Shown here: positions 8,855-17,638 of the stretch, in pieces
How the letters are laid out: the number at the start of each line of letters is the position of its first letter
Position numbering within the stretch: position 1 is the stretch's first letter
Notes under the pieces: model-generated
What the model saw: the letters and a program-made list of their open reading frames with translations, nothing else
Database searches by the model: none
Told to the model about the DNA's origin: nothing
Made by a program: the position numbers and the translations under genes
Source: Solirubrobacterales bacterium
Lineage (GTDB): Bacteria > Actinomycetota > Thermoleophilia > Solirubrobacterales > Thermoleophilaceae
NCBI GenBank assembly: GCA_012718975.1
Contig: JAAYBF010000185.1
Coordinates: forward strand, 66-64,065
Direction: 5' to 3'
Length of the DNA: 64,000 bases

Positions 8855-9795
8855 CGGGCGGCCTCCAGCGGCTCGCCGAGCCCGTCGCCGACGCCGGCGT
8901 CCTCGGAGGCGATCTCGTAGCCGGAGGCGCGCGCCTGCATCTCGACCAGCGCCGCGAAGTCGACGTCGTCGTAGCCGAGGCCGACGAGCTGCTGGACCAG
9001 CTCGCGCGTGGCGGCCAGCAACGGCATCGGGACGTCGGTCGCGCGGGCGTTGTCGAGCCCGAGGTCGAGGTCCTTGAGCAGCAGCCGCGGCGTGAAGGTG
9101 ACCGAGAAGTCGAGGTCGACGTAGGCGGGCGTCTTGTAGCGCGTGAAGGTCGAGCCCATGACGCTGTCGTTGAGAAACGCCATCAGGTCGGCGCGCCTGA
9201 CGCCGCCCTTCTCGGCGAGCACGGCGATCTCGGCCAGGCACTGGGAGACCACGCCGAGCATCACGTTGTGGCAGATCTTCACCAGCCGGGCGCGCTCGCC
9301 CTCGCCGACGTAGGTCGCGCTGGCGCCGAGGAGCTCGAGGTAGGGCCGCGCCAGCTCCCAGGCGGCCTCGGGACCGGAGACGCAGATCGTCAGGCCGCCG
9401 GTCTCGGCGACGCGCGGGTTGCCGCTGACCGGCGCGGCGAGCATGTCGACCCCGGCCGCGGCCGCGATCGCGCGCACCTCCGCGCCGCCGTCGGGCGACG
9501 CGGTGGTGTGGTCGACGATCACCCGCGGACGGGCGGCGCCGGAGAGGATCCCGCGCTCGCCGGCGACGACCTCGTGGACGTCGGCGGGACCCATGACCAT
9601 CGTGAAGACGATGTCGCGGTCGGCGAGCTCGCGCGGGGAGTCGACGAGCTCGGCACCGAGCTCGGCGAGCGGCTCGGCCTTCGAGCGCGTGCGGTTGTAG
9701 ACCGCGACGTCGTGGCCGGCGGCGAGCAGGCGGGCGGCCAGCGCCGAGCCCATCCGCCCGGCGCCGATCCAGCCGATCCGGAGCGAGTCGCTCAC
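8851..9795 (-). CDS. NAD(P)-dependent 3-hydroxyisobutyrate/6-phosphogluconate dehydrogenase-family oxidoreductase
   Basis: GTG at 9795 (GTGA overlap). It has the Rossmann motif IGWIGAGRMGSALAARLLAAGHDVAVYNRT and the HIBADH-like central and C-terminal helices. Confidence 0.85.
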   Translation of the reverse strand: MSDSLRIGWIGAGRMGSALAARLLAAGHDVAVYNRTRSKAEPLAELGAELVDSPRELADRDIVFTMVMGPADVHEVVAGERGILSGAARPRVIVDHTTASPDGGAEVRAIAAAAGVDMLAAPVSGNPRVAETGGLTICVSGPEAAWELARPYLELLGASATYVGEGERARLVKICHNVMLGVVSQCLAEIAVLAEKGGVRRADLMAFLNDSVMGSTFTRYKTPAYVDLDFSVTFTPRLLLKDLDLGLDNARATDVPMPLLAATRELVQQLVGLGYDDVDFAALVEMQARASGYEIASEDAGVGDGLGEPLEAAR

Positions 9796-10100
9796 GAGGG
9801 CGCGTCCTCGCCGAGCAGCGAGCGCACCAGCGCCAGCGACGCCTCGGAGCTGCCGGCGCCCTCGACGGTGCCGTAGAGCAGCCGCGCGAGCTGGGACAGC
9901 AGGTACGGGTGGACGCCGATGTCGTAGAGCGCCTTGAAGTCGCGCTCCTCGATCGCCGTGCGCTCCTGCGGCAGCAGCTCGAACTGGTCGAGCACGGCGC
10001 CGGGGTCCTGCTCGAACCGCTGGCGCAGCTCGACGTTCCACTTCATCTGCTGGACGAAGTCGTGCGTCGCCAGCTCGCGGTTGAAGTTCTCGATCGCCAT
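9792..10100 (-). CDS. LigA-type small subunit of a class III extradiol ring-cleavage dioxygenase
   Basis: The product MAIENFNRELATHDFVQQMKWNVELRQRFEQDPGAVLDQFELLPQERTAIEERDFKALYDIGVHPYLL matches the LigA-family pattern. The ATG at 10100 has GGAAGGGGATAGGAAG upstream and sits 19 nt after the ligB-like stop. Confidence 0.8.
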   Translation of the reverse strand: MAIENFNRELATHDFVQQMKWNVELRQRFEQDPGAVLDQFELLPQERTAIEERDFKALYDIGVHPYLLSQLARLLYGTVEGAGSSEASLALVRSLLGEDAPS

Positions 10101-10119
10101 CTTCCTATCCCCTTCCTCG

Positions 10120-10962
10120 TCAGACCGTCCAGCGGACGGCGCCGACGCCACAGCGCCACTCGGGCACCTCGGCGTAGGTCAGGACCTCGCATGGGCGCTC
10201 GCCGATCGAGCCCATCGCGACCAGCCAGGAGAGCAGCTCGGCGGTGCCGCCGATGCCGGCCTCCTCCATCCGCTCGAAGGTCGCCTCGCGCAGCACCTTG
10301 TCGTGGTCGCCCTCGGCGAGCAGGTCGAGGAACCAGCGGTCGAAGTCGCCGTCGATCGCCAGGTAGCGCTTGCCGCCGGGCTCGTGGCTGAGCCCGCCGG
10401 AGCCGAGCACGCCGATCCGCAGGCCGTCGGGCAGGGCGCGCAGCGCCTCGCCGAGCTGCTCGCCGAGCTTGTAGGAGGCGCGCTCGTCCGGCACCGGCGG
10501 CACGGTGCAGTTCTGGATCACCGGCAGGACGGCGACGCCCATGTCCTTGAAGCCGGTGAGCGTGACCGGGACCGAGATGTTGTCGTCGAAGCGCAGCGGC
10601 TCGTCCCAGCGCACGACGTTCGCGCCGGCACCCTGCAGGTGGCCGTAGACGGCCTCGGCGAGGTCGGGCCGGCCGGGCATCGAGTAGTCCTCGACGGCGA
10701 GCCAGGGCTTGAACCAGGTGTCCGGGCCGGAGTGCTCGTCGATCATCCCGAAGACGAAGTCGGGGTAGTCGGTGACCGGGAAGTTCGCCAGGTGGTCGTT
10801 GGCGATGATCACCAGCAGGTCGAGATTGGCGTCGCGGATGTCGCTGCCGACCGTGGCGTAGGCCTCGCGCACGTTGCGCTGACTCTCCTCGTCCGCCTTG
10901 TCGAACCAGCCTGTCAGTCCGGGCGCGTGACTCACCGCCGCGGCGAAGACGATGTCTGCCAT
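10120..10962 (-). CDS. LigB-type catalytic subunit of a class III extradiol ring-cleavage dioxygenase
   Basis: 280 aa containing AAAVSHAPG, IIANDHL and GSGGLSHEPGG, the hallmarks of the LigB/AmnB/PCA-4,5-dioxygenase beta family. RBS GAAAGGA precedes the ATG. Confidence 0.85.
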   Translation of the reverse strand: MADIVFAAAVSHAPGLTGWFDKADEESQRNVREAYATVGSDIRDANLDLLVIIANDHLANFPVTDYPDFVFGMIDEHSGPDTWFKPWLAVEDYSMPGRPDLAEAVYGHLQGAGANVVRWDEPLRFDDNISVPVTLTGFKDMGVAVLPVIQNCTVPPVPDERASYKLGEQLGEALRALPDGLRIGVLGSGGLSHEPGGKRYLAIDGDFDRWFLDLLAEGDHDKVLREATFERMEEAGIGGTAELLSWLVAMGSIGERPCEVLTYAEVPEWRCGVGAVRWTV

Positions 10963-11005
10963 CAGATCGGTCCTTTCACGGGTCTTGGTCGTGGGAACGG
11001 GTTGG

Positions 11006-11680
11006 TCAGCTCGCGGCGGGGGACGCGACGAACGAGACGGGCGCGGCGGGCGGGGGGCCGACCTCGAGCCGCCAGGAGACGAAGTCGCGGAAGGCGGTCA
11101 TGAACGTCTCGACGAGCGCCCGGGTCGGCTCGTCGACGAGCCGACCGTCGCCGTCGAAGCGCTCCCAGGCCTTCTGCACGAAGACCTCGGGGCGCAGCAT
11201 CGGCTGGCTGTCGGTGAAGTGGCAGAGCGCGCGCAGGCCCTGCTGGGCGCGGACGGTCCCCATCAGGCCGGCCGAGGCGCCCATCATCCCGACGGCCTTG
11301 TGGCGCAGCGGGCTCGCGTAGGGGCTCTCGCCCGCGCAGGAGACCCAGTCGAGCGCGTTCTTGAGCACGCCGGGGAGGCCGAAGTTGTACTCGGGGGTTG
11401 CGATCAGCACGCCGTCGGTGCGGTCGATCCGCGCGGCGAGGTCGGCGACCGCGTCGGGGAGCCCCTGCTGGCGGACGTCGTCGTCGAAGGGGGGGATCGC
11501 GCGCAGTCCGTCGTAGCGGTCGAACTCGAGGTCCGCGGGCGCGAGCTCGAGCGCCGTGCGCAGCAGCGCGGCGTTGAAGGAGCCCCTGCGCAGGCTGCCA
11601 CAGATCGCGACGATCGACAGCGCGCGGGACGGCTCGGCGGGCGCTCCGCCGGCCGCCTCGCCGGTTGACTGGTCACCCAT
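11006..11680 (-). CDS. NADPH-dependent FMN reductase family protein
   Basis: ATG at 11680. Contains IVAICGSLRRGSFNAALL...LIATPEYNFGLPGVLKNALDW, typical of the FMN_red family. It is the first gene of the 11680-to-4098 operon. Confidence 0.85.
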   Translation of the reverse strand: MGDQSTGEAAGGAPAEPSRALSIVAICGSLRRGSFNAALLRTALELAPADLEFDRYDGLRAIPPFDDDVRQQGLPDAVADLAARIDRTDGVLIATPEYNFGLPGVLKNALDWVSCAGESPYASPLRHKAVGMMGASAGLMGTVRAQQGLRALCHFTDSQPMLRPEVFVQKAWERFDGDGRLVDEPTRALVETFMTAFRDFVSWRLEVGPPPAAPVSFVASPAAS

Positions 11681-11693
11681 GCGGCGAGTGTAC

Positions 11694-11707
11694 TGCAAAC
11701 GATTGCT
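11694..11707 (-). promoter_or_regulatory. LacI-type operator-like box (site 2), centred in the 40-bp divergent intergenic region
   Basis: TGCAAACGATTGCT; its reverse complement contains GCAATCGTTTGC. It lies 14 nt upstream of the FMN-reductase ATG and 14 nt upstream of the formamidase ATG. Confidence 0.55.
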
Positions 11708-11720
11708 AAGATCCACCGCG

Positions 11721-12662
11721 ATGCCGTCGCCCAGGGTCCACGACCTCCCCGCGACCGACGCGACGACGGTCGTCGGCGTCATCGACGCGGCGACCCCGCC
11801 GGTGCTCGCGATCGAGTCCGGCGACGAGCTGCGGATCGAGACCCGCCACCTCTGGGGCGGCGAGATCGTCGACGGCACCACCGTCGCCGACCTCGTCCGG
11901 ATGCGGGACGCCCACATGGGCGCCGGCGCCCTGGGACCGCACACGATCACCGGCCCGGTCGAGGTGATCGGGGCCCGCCCGGGCGACGCCCTGCACGTCG
12001 AGATGCTCGAGCTGGCCCACGGCCCGCACGGCTACAACCTGATCCTCCCCGGCGCGATCGCCACCGGGGTGCTCGCCGAGCGGCTGCCCGAGCCGTCGAT
12101 GACCCACTACGACCTCACCGGCGGTCGGGTCGAGCTGGCCCCCGGCCTCGACGTCGAGCTGGCGCCGTTCCTCGGCATCCTCGGCGTCGCGCCCGCCGTC
12201 GACGGCCCGCTGACCACCTTCGAGCCCGGCCCGTTCGGCGGCAACATCGACCTGCGCGACCTCGTCGAGGGGACCACGCTGGTGCTGCCCGTCTTCCGGC
12301 CCGGCGCCGGCTTCTACACCGGGGACGCGCACGCGCTCCAGGGCGACGGCGAGGTCGACCAGACCGCGCTCGAGACAACGATGGACGCCCGCCTGCGGCT
12401 GACGCTCGAGCCGGGCGCCGGGATCGAGCTGCCGCGCGCGCTGACCGCCGACCACGTCATCCCGCTCGCCTTCGACCGCGACCTCGACGAGGCCGCCCGC
12501 GCCGCGGTCTCCGAGGCCGTCGACATCATCGCCGCCGCCCGCGGGATCGCCGCCGCCGAGGCCTACCGCCTCTGCTCGATCTGCGTCGACGTCGGCATCA
12601 CCCAGCTCGTCAACGGGGTCAAGGGCGCCCACGCCCGCATCCCCCGCGAGCTGCTGGCGTAG
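11721..12662 (+). CDS. Acetamidase/formamidase (FmdA/AmdA) family amidohydrolase
   Basis: ATG at 11721. Contains HTITGPVEVIGARPGDALHVEMLEL...GGNIDLRDLVEGTTLVLPVFRPGAGFYTGDAHALQGDGEV, characteristic of the family. Confidence 0.85.
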   Translation: MPSPRVHDLPATDATTVVGVIDAATPPVLAIESGDELRIETRHLWGGEIVDGTTVADLVRMRDAHMGAGALGPHTITGPVEVIGARPGDALHVEMLELAHGPHGYNLILPGAIATGVLAERLPEPSMTHYDLTGGRVELAPGLDVELAPFLGILGVAPAVDGPLTTFEPGPFGGNIDLRDLVEGTTLVLPVFRPGAGFYTGDAHALQGDGEVDQTALETTMDARLRLTLEPGAGIELPRALTADHVIPLAFDRDLDEAARAAVSEAVDIIAAARGIAAAEAYRLCSICVDVGITQLVNGVKGAHARIPRELLA

Positions 12663-12711
12663 CCGAGTCCTACCCTGATCGTCCGACGAAGTGCGCCGAT
12701 GCGGCGCGGAA

Positions 12712-12748
12712 CCTCGGCCGATCCCGCACGGCGGCGGATCGGCCGAGG
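12712..12748. terminator. Bidirectional terminator-like hairpin between convergent genes
   Basis: Perfect 13-bp stem CCTCGGCCGATCC / GGATCGGCCGAGG with an 11-nt loop. It sits between the stop at 12662 (+) and the stop at 12755 (-). Confidence 0.55.
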
Positions 12749-12754
12749 AAACGG

Positions 12755-13747
12755 CTAGCCGAGCCGGGCGATCGGGATCTCGCGCTGCTCGGCCGACTCG
12801 AGGTCGACCTCGGGCGTGCCGTAGGCGTGGAAGCTCGCGGGCATCCGCAGCCCCCACGCCTGCCCGTCGCGGCGGTCGGCCTCGGTCCAGGTGACCGTCT
12901 TCCAGTCGGGCTCGAAGATCAGGTAGCCCTGCGTGACCAGCTCGATCCGGTTTCCACCCGGCTCGTAGACGTACATGAAGTACTGGTGGCTGATCTTGTG
13001 CTTGCCGGGTCCGGTCTCGATGAAGATCCCGTTCTCGGCCATGATGTCGGCCGCGCGCAGGACGTCCTCGCGGTTGTCGCAGAGCCAGCCGACGTGGTGG
13101 AGCCGGCCGCGCGCGCCGACCACCGCGTCGAGCGAGACCGCGATCTCGTGCACGATCGGCGAGACGCTGTTCCACGAGCTGATCTCGCGCCCGTCGTCGA
13201 GCACGATGTTCTCGCGCAGCTTGAAGCCGAGCTCGTCGGCCAGGAAGCCGCGGTTGGCGGGCACGTCGTCGGTGAGCACGTGCAGGTGGTCGAGCTTGCG
13301 GATCCCCGCGCCGTGGCTCGGCATCCGCTGCGGCATGTTCTTGTAGTAGGGCTTGAGCTCGGGGTCGGCCTCGTACAGCTCGCGGTCCCAATAAACCTCC
13401 ATCAGGTGCCCGGCCGGCATCCGGAACTGGTAGGCGGGGCCGTGGCCGACGTCGCCCTCGATCCAGCCGATGCCCTGCCCGGTCGCCTCGAGCGCCTTCG
13501 CCCGGCGCTCGAGCGCGTCGGCGCTCATCGCCCGCCAGCCGATGTGGCGGATGCCGGCCTCCGGTGCCGCGGTCAGCTTCAGCGTCGTGAGGTCGTGCTC
13601 GGCCCAGACGCGCAGGTAGACCGAGTCGCCGTCGCGCGCGACCTCGCTCATCCCCATCAGCTCCTTGAAGAACCAGAGGCTCTCCTCGATCTTCGGGGTG
13701 CCCAGCTCGACGTGGCCGAGGTAGGCGATCTCCTGGTGCTCGATCAC
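12755..13747 (-). CDS. Type I (vicinal-oxygen-chelate) extradiol dioxygenase, catechol 2,3-dioxygenase-like
   Basis: GTG at 13747 (GTGA overlap). It has two VOC modules: LGHVELGT..., HIGW, DHLHVLTDDV, HHVGW, GPGKH...YVYEPGGNRIEL. Confidence 0.85.
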   Translation of the reverse strand: MIEHQEIAYLGHVELGTPKIEESLWFFKELMGMSEVARDGDSVYLRVWAEHDLTTLKLTAAPEAGIRHIGWRAMSADALERRAKALEATGQGIGWIEGDVGHGPAYQFRMPAGHLMEVYWDRELYEADPELKPYYKNMPQRMPSHGAGIRKLDHLHVLTDDVPANRGFLADELGFKLRENIVLDDGREISSWNSVSPIVHEIAVSLDAVVGARGRLHHVGWLCDNREDVLRAADIMAENGIFIETGPGKHKISHQYFMYVYEPGGNRIELVTQGYLIFEPDWKTVTWTEADRRDGQAWGLRMPASFHAYGTPEVDLESAEQREIPIARLG

Positions 13748-14166
13748 TTGCCCTCTCCGGCCAGCGCCACGCACTCGACCTCGACGAGCACGCCCTCTCG
13801 CGGCGGCGACGCCTGGACGGTCGTGCGCGCCGGGAACTGCGGGCACTCCTCGAAGAACGCACGGTAGACCGCGTTGAACTTCGGGAAGTTCTCCATGTCC
13901 TTGACGTAGCAGTTGCACTTGACGATCCGGTCCTTGGAGGAGCCGGCCGCCTCGACCACGCGGAGCATGTTCTCCAGCGTGAGCTGGGCCTGCTCCTCGA
14001 AGTCCTCGGTGGCGATCGTGTGCGTCTTGGGGTCGAGCGGTCCCTGGCCCGAGCAGTAGACGAAGCCGTTGGCGACGATCGCCTGCGACAGCGGCGCCTT
14101 GGTGTTGCCGGAGAAGCCGACGAGCGGCGCGTCGTCGGTGCTGACGGCGTTCACTTCCATGGTCAT
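13744..14166 (-). CDS. RidA/YjgF-family enamine/imine deaminase (2-aminomuconate deaminase-like by context)
   Basis: 140 aa containing APLSQAIVANGFVYCSGQGPLDPKT...ARTTVQA...LVEVECVA. ATGA overlap with the upstream gene. Confidence 0.85.
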   Translation of the reverse strand: MTMEVNAVSTDDAPLVGFSGNTKAPLSQAIVANGFVYCSGQGPLDPKTHTIATEDFEEQAQLTLENMLRVVEAAGSSKDRIVKCNCYVKDMENFPKFNAVYRAFFEECPQFPARTTVQASPPREGVLVEVECVALAGEGK

Positions 14167-15173
14167 GCGCTCCTTGGGGTCTCTGGGACTGGGATGCCGA
14201 ACAGGTCGATCGCGTTTGCGCCGAGCACCCGCTCGGTGCCGGCGGCGTCGAGGCCGAGGCTCTCGGGGGCCGCGAACGGCCGGTGGTCGCTCATCGCGAA
14301 CGGGCAGTCGCTGCCGGCCATGACGCGGTCGTCGCCGACCAGGTCGAGCAGGTAGCGGGTCGGGGCGTCGTCGAAGAGGACGGTGTCGTAGGCGAACCAG
14401 CGCAGGTGGTCGGCGGGCGGGGCGCCGGCGCGGTCGCGCAGCGTCGGCCAACGACGGAAGCCGGCGTCGATGCGCGCGTACTGGTACGGGAAGAAGCCGC
14501 CGCCGTGGACGAGCACGACGTCGAGGTCGCCGAAGCGGTCGGGCACCTCGGCGCCTAGCAGCGAGCCGACCGCAAGCGTCGTCTCGAACGGGTTGCCGAC
14601 GAGGTTGACGAGGAAGAAGCGGTCCATCCGCGGCGGCGGCGAGAAGTTGCCCGGGTGGAGCACCAGCGGCGCCCCGGCCCGCTCGGCGGCGCCCCAGAGC
14701 GCGTCGAGGTCGGACCGCGCGAGCGTGCCCTCGGCCGTGTTGGCGGCGAGCATCCCGCCCGCGGCGCCCAGCTCGAGCGCCTCGGCGAGCACGTCGGCGG
14801 CCGCCCCGCCGTCGAGGTCGGGCAGCGCGGCGAGGAAGTGCGCGTCGGCGCGGCCGGCGACCGTGGTCGCGAGGTGGCGGTTGACCACGCGGCAGAGCGC
14901 CGCCTGGGTCGGCGCGTCGACCGGCGCGGCGATCATGTCGATCCACGGGCCGAGCAGCGTCACGTCGACGCCGCGCTCGCACTGGCGCTCGCGGTGGACG
15001 TCGGCGTCACGCAGGTTCAGCGGCGCGCCGCGGCCGGTGGCGCCGTTGCGCGCGGCGACGGTCAGCGCGATCTCGCCGCGGCCCGGGTCCTCGCTCGCCG
15101 TCAGGCCGGTCGGCAGCTCCGCGAAGAGCCCCGTCGGCATCAGGTGGGCGTGGACGTCGACGCGCGGCGCCAT
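14163..15173 (-). CDS. Amidohydrolase_2 (ACMSD-family) metal-dependent decarboxylase/hydrolase
   Basis: Contains VDVHAHLMP, LVLHPG, VLVHGGG and GSDCPF, a motif set typical of ACMSD, gamma-resorcylate and 2,3-DHB decarboxylases. Confidence 0.85.
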   Translation of the reverse strand: MAPRVDVHAHLMPTGLFAELPTGLTASEDPGRGEIALTVAARNGATGRGAPLNLRDADVHRERQCERGVDVTLLGPWIDMIAAPVDAPTQAALCRVVNRHLATTVAGRADAHFLAALPDLDGGAAADVLAEALELGAAGGMLAANTAEGTLARSDLDALWGAAERAGAPLVLHPGNFSPPPRMDRFFLVNLVGNPFETTLAVGSLLGAEVPDRFGDLDVVLVHGGGFFPYQYARIDAGFRRWPTLRDRAGAPPADHLRWFAYDTVLFDDAPTRYLLDLVGDDRVMAGSDCPFAMSDHRPFAAPESLGLDAAGTERVLGANAIDLFGIPVPETPRSA

Positions 15174-15174
15174 C

Positions 15175-16668
15175 TCACATGCCGTCGAGCTCGACCGTGA
15201 CCGTCTTCGCCTCGGTGAAGAAGTCGCGCGAGTGGACGCCGCCCTCGCGGCCCACGCCCGACAGCTTCGCCCCGCCGAACGGGGTGCGCAGATCGCGCAC
15301 GAAGAAGCAGTTGACCCACACCAGCCCGGCGCGGACCGAGGCCGCGACGCGGTGGGCGCGCGAGAGGTTGGTCGTCCAGACCATCGCCGCGAGCCCGTAC
15401 GGGGTGTCGTTGGCGCGCTCGAGCGCCTCGGCCTCGCCGTCGAACGGGCTGACCACCAGCGCGGGCCCGAAGATCTCGTCGCGCACGCAGCGGTGGTCGG
15501 CGGGCAGGCCCTCGATGATCGTCGGCTCGACGTAGAAGCCGTCGGCGAGCGCGGGGTCGGACGGGACGCCGCCGCCGAGGCGGACGGCGCCGTCCGCGGT
15601 CCCGGACTCGAGGAAGCCGACGACGCGGTCGCGGTGCTCGGCGGTGACCATCGGGCCGATCTGGGTGGCGGGATCGAGCGGGTCGCCGATCGGCAGCGCC
15701 TTCGCGCCGGCGATCAGCCGCTCCATGAACTCGTCGTAGATCGGCCGCTCGAGCAGCAGCCGCGAGCCGGCGAGGCAGACCTCGCCCTGGTTCTTGAAGA
15801 TGCCCTTCAGCGTGCCGGCGACCGCCAGGTCGAGGTCGGCGTCGGCGAAGACGATGTTCGGCGACTTGCCGCCCAGCTCGAGCGACAGCCCCTTCAGCGT
15901 CGGCGCCGCGTTGGCCATGATCGCCTTGCCGGTCGTCGACTCGCCGGTGAAGGTGACGAGGTCGACGTCGGGGCTCGCGACGAGGTACTCGCCGGCCGCG
16001 TCGGGGCCGAAGCCCTGGACCACGTTGAGCACGCCCGGCGGCAGCACCTCGGCGGCCAGCTCGCCGAGCATCGTCGCGGTGACCGGCGACTGCTCGGCGG
16101 GCTTGAGGATCGCCGTGTTGCCGAACGCGAGCGCCGGCGCGATCTTCCACGAGCCGAGCATCAGCGGGAAGTTCCAGGGCGAGATCGCGGTGACGACGCC
16201 CTTGGGCTCGTAGCGACTGTAGGTGAGGTGCTTGGTGGCGGGGAAGACCTCGGCCTCCGACATCCGCAGCCAGTCGGCGAAGAAGCGCAGGTTGCGCTCG
16301 ACGCGCGGCAGGTCGAAGGTGCGCGACTCGGTGATCGGCTTGCCCATGTCGCGCGTCTCGGCCTGGGCGATCTCCTCGCGCCGGTCGTGGACGGCGTCGG
16401 CGAGGGCGTGCATCAGCTTGCCGCGCTCGTCGGCGGACATTCGCGGCCACGGCCCCTCGTCGAACGCGCGGCGGGCGGCGGCGACGGCGCGGCGGACGTC
16501 CTCGGCCCCGCCCTCGGCGACCCGCGCCCAGACGCGGCCGGTGTGCGGGTCGACGCTCTCGAAGGTGCGGCCGTCGGCGGACGGGACGGCCTCGCCGTCG
16601 ATGACGTGCAGCACGTCGCGGCCGAAGTCGCGGTGCTCGAGCCGCTGCTGGTCGGCGGTCTGGGTCAT
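15175..16668 (-). CDS. 2-hydroxymuconic/2-aminomuconic semialdehyde dehydrogenase-type ALDH
   Basis: 497 aa with ALDH motifs ISPWNFP, FTGESTTG, LELGGKSP and GEVCLAGSR. It sits within a meta-cleavage operon. Confidence 0.88.
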   Translation of the reverse strand: MTQTADQQRLEHRDFGRDVLHVIDGEAVPSADGRTFESVDPHTGRVWARVAEGGAEDVRRAVAAARRAFDEGPWPRMSADERGKLMHALADAVHDRREEIAQAETRDMGKPITESRTFDLPRVERNLRFFADWLRMSEAEVFPATKHLTYSRYEPKGVVTAISPWNFPLMLGSWKIAPALAFGNTAILKPAEQSPVTATMLGELAAEVLPPGVLNVVQGFGPDAAGEYLVASPDVDLVTFTGESTTGKAIMANAAPTLKGLSLELGGKSPNIVFADADLDLAVAGTLKGIFKNQGEVCLAGSRLLLERPIYDEFMERLIAGAKALPIGDPLDPATQIGPMVTAEHRDRVVGFLESGTADGAVRLGGGVPSDPALADGFYVEPTIIEGLPADHRCVRDEIFGPALVVSPFDGEAEALERANDTPYGLAAMVWTTNLSRAHRVAASVRAGLVWVNCFFVRDLRTPFGGAKLSGVGREGGVHSRDFFTEAKTVTVELDGM

Positions 16669-16859
16669 CGGTCCTCCATCTCGCTCTTCGGCACTCCCCC
16701 GACGCCCCAGTGCTCGGCCGGGACCTCGGAGAGGATCACCCGCACCGACGCGCGCGGCGCGCCCGTCGTCTCGACGACGGCGTCGGTCAGGCGGGCGATC
16801 AGCTCGCTCTTGACCGCCGTGTCGCGGCCCTCGATCAGGGTGACCTGGACGAGCGGCAT
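16665..16859 (-). CDS. 4-oxalocrotonate tautomerase family protein
   Basis: 64 aa starting [12 protein letters not shown] (catalytic Pro-1 context). It overlaps the upstream stop by 1 nt (TGATG). Confidence 0.85.
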   Translation of the reverse strand: MPLVQVTLIEGRDTAVKSELIARLTDAVVETTGAPRASVRVILSEVPAEHWGVGGVPKSEMEDR

Positions 16860-17638
16860 CAGGCCGCCGCCGTCACGGTGCCGAGGCCGTCGAACTCCGC
16901 GCTGACCGTCTGCCCGGCGCCGATCGCGACGGCGTCGGTGAGCGCCCCGGAGAGGATCAGCGAGCCGGCGGGGAGGGTCCTGCCCTGCTCGGCGAGGCGG
17001 TTGGCCAGCCACGCCACGGCGGCCGCCGGGTGCTCCATCACGGCGGCGCCCGCGGCGGTGGCGACGAGCTCGCCGTCGCGGCGCAGGACGCAGCCGAGCA
17101 GGCGCAGGTCGCCGACGTCGGCGGGCGCGGCGGCGACCGGGCCGACGATCAGGCTCGCGGCGCTGGCGCTCGCGTTGTCGGCGACGACATCGGGGAGGCG
17201 GAAGTCGAAGTCGCGGTAGCGCGAGTCGATCACCTCGAGCGCGCCGAAGACGGCCTCGGTCGCTGCCAGCACCTCGACGACGGTCGTCGGCCCGGCCAGC
17301 TCCTCGCCGAGCAGGAAGGCGATCTCCGGCTCGACGCGCGGATGGATCAGCCGATCCAGCGGCAGCGGCGTCGCGGCCTCGTGGACCATCGCGTCGGTGA
17401 GCCAGCCGTAGAGCGGGTCGTCGACGCTCATCTGGCGCTGCTTGGCGCGGCTGGTGAGGCCGAGCTTGGCGCCGACGATCCGCTCGCCGGCGGCGAGCCG
17501 GCGCTCGATCCCCCGCCACTGGACGTCGTAGGCCTGCTCGATCGTCAGGTCGGGCTCGGTCGCGGTGAACCGCTCGATGTCGGTCACCTGCTCGACGGCG
17601 GCGGCGAGCCGGTCGGCGATCGCGTCGAGGTCAGGCAC
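16859..17638 (-). CDS. 4-oxalocrotonate decarboxylase / 2-oxopent-4-enoate hydratase family protein (copy A)
   Basis: 259 aa with a GTG start. Contains [14 protein letters not shown] and [10 protein letters not shown], typical of the MhpD/XylI/XylJ fold. A second paralogue lies at 19525..20346. Confidence 0.85.
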   Translation of the reverse strand: MPDLDAIADRLAAAVEQVTDIERFTATEPDLTIEQAYDVQWRGIERRLAAGERIVGAKLGLTSRAKQRQMSVDDPLYGWLTDAMVHEAATPLPLDRLIHPRVEPEIAFLLGEELAGPTTVVEVLAATEAVFGALEVIDSRYRDFDFRLPDVVADNASASAASLIVGPVAAAPADVGDLRLLGCVLRRDGELVATAAGAAVMEHPAAAVAWLANRLAEQGRTLPAGSLILSGALTDAVAIGAGQTVSAEFDGLGTVTAAA

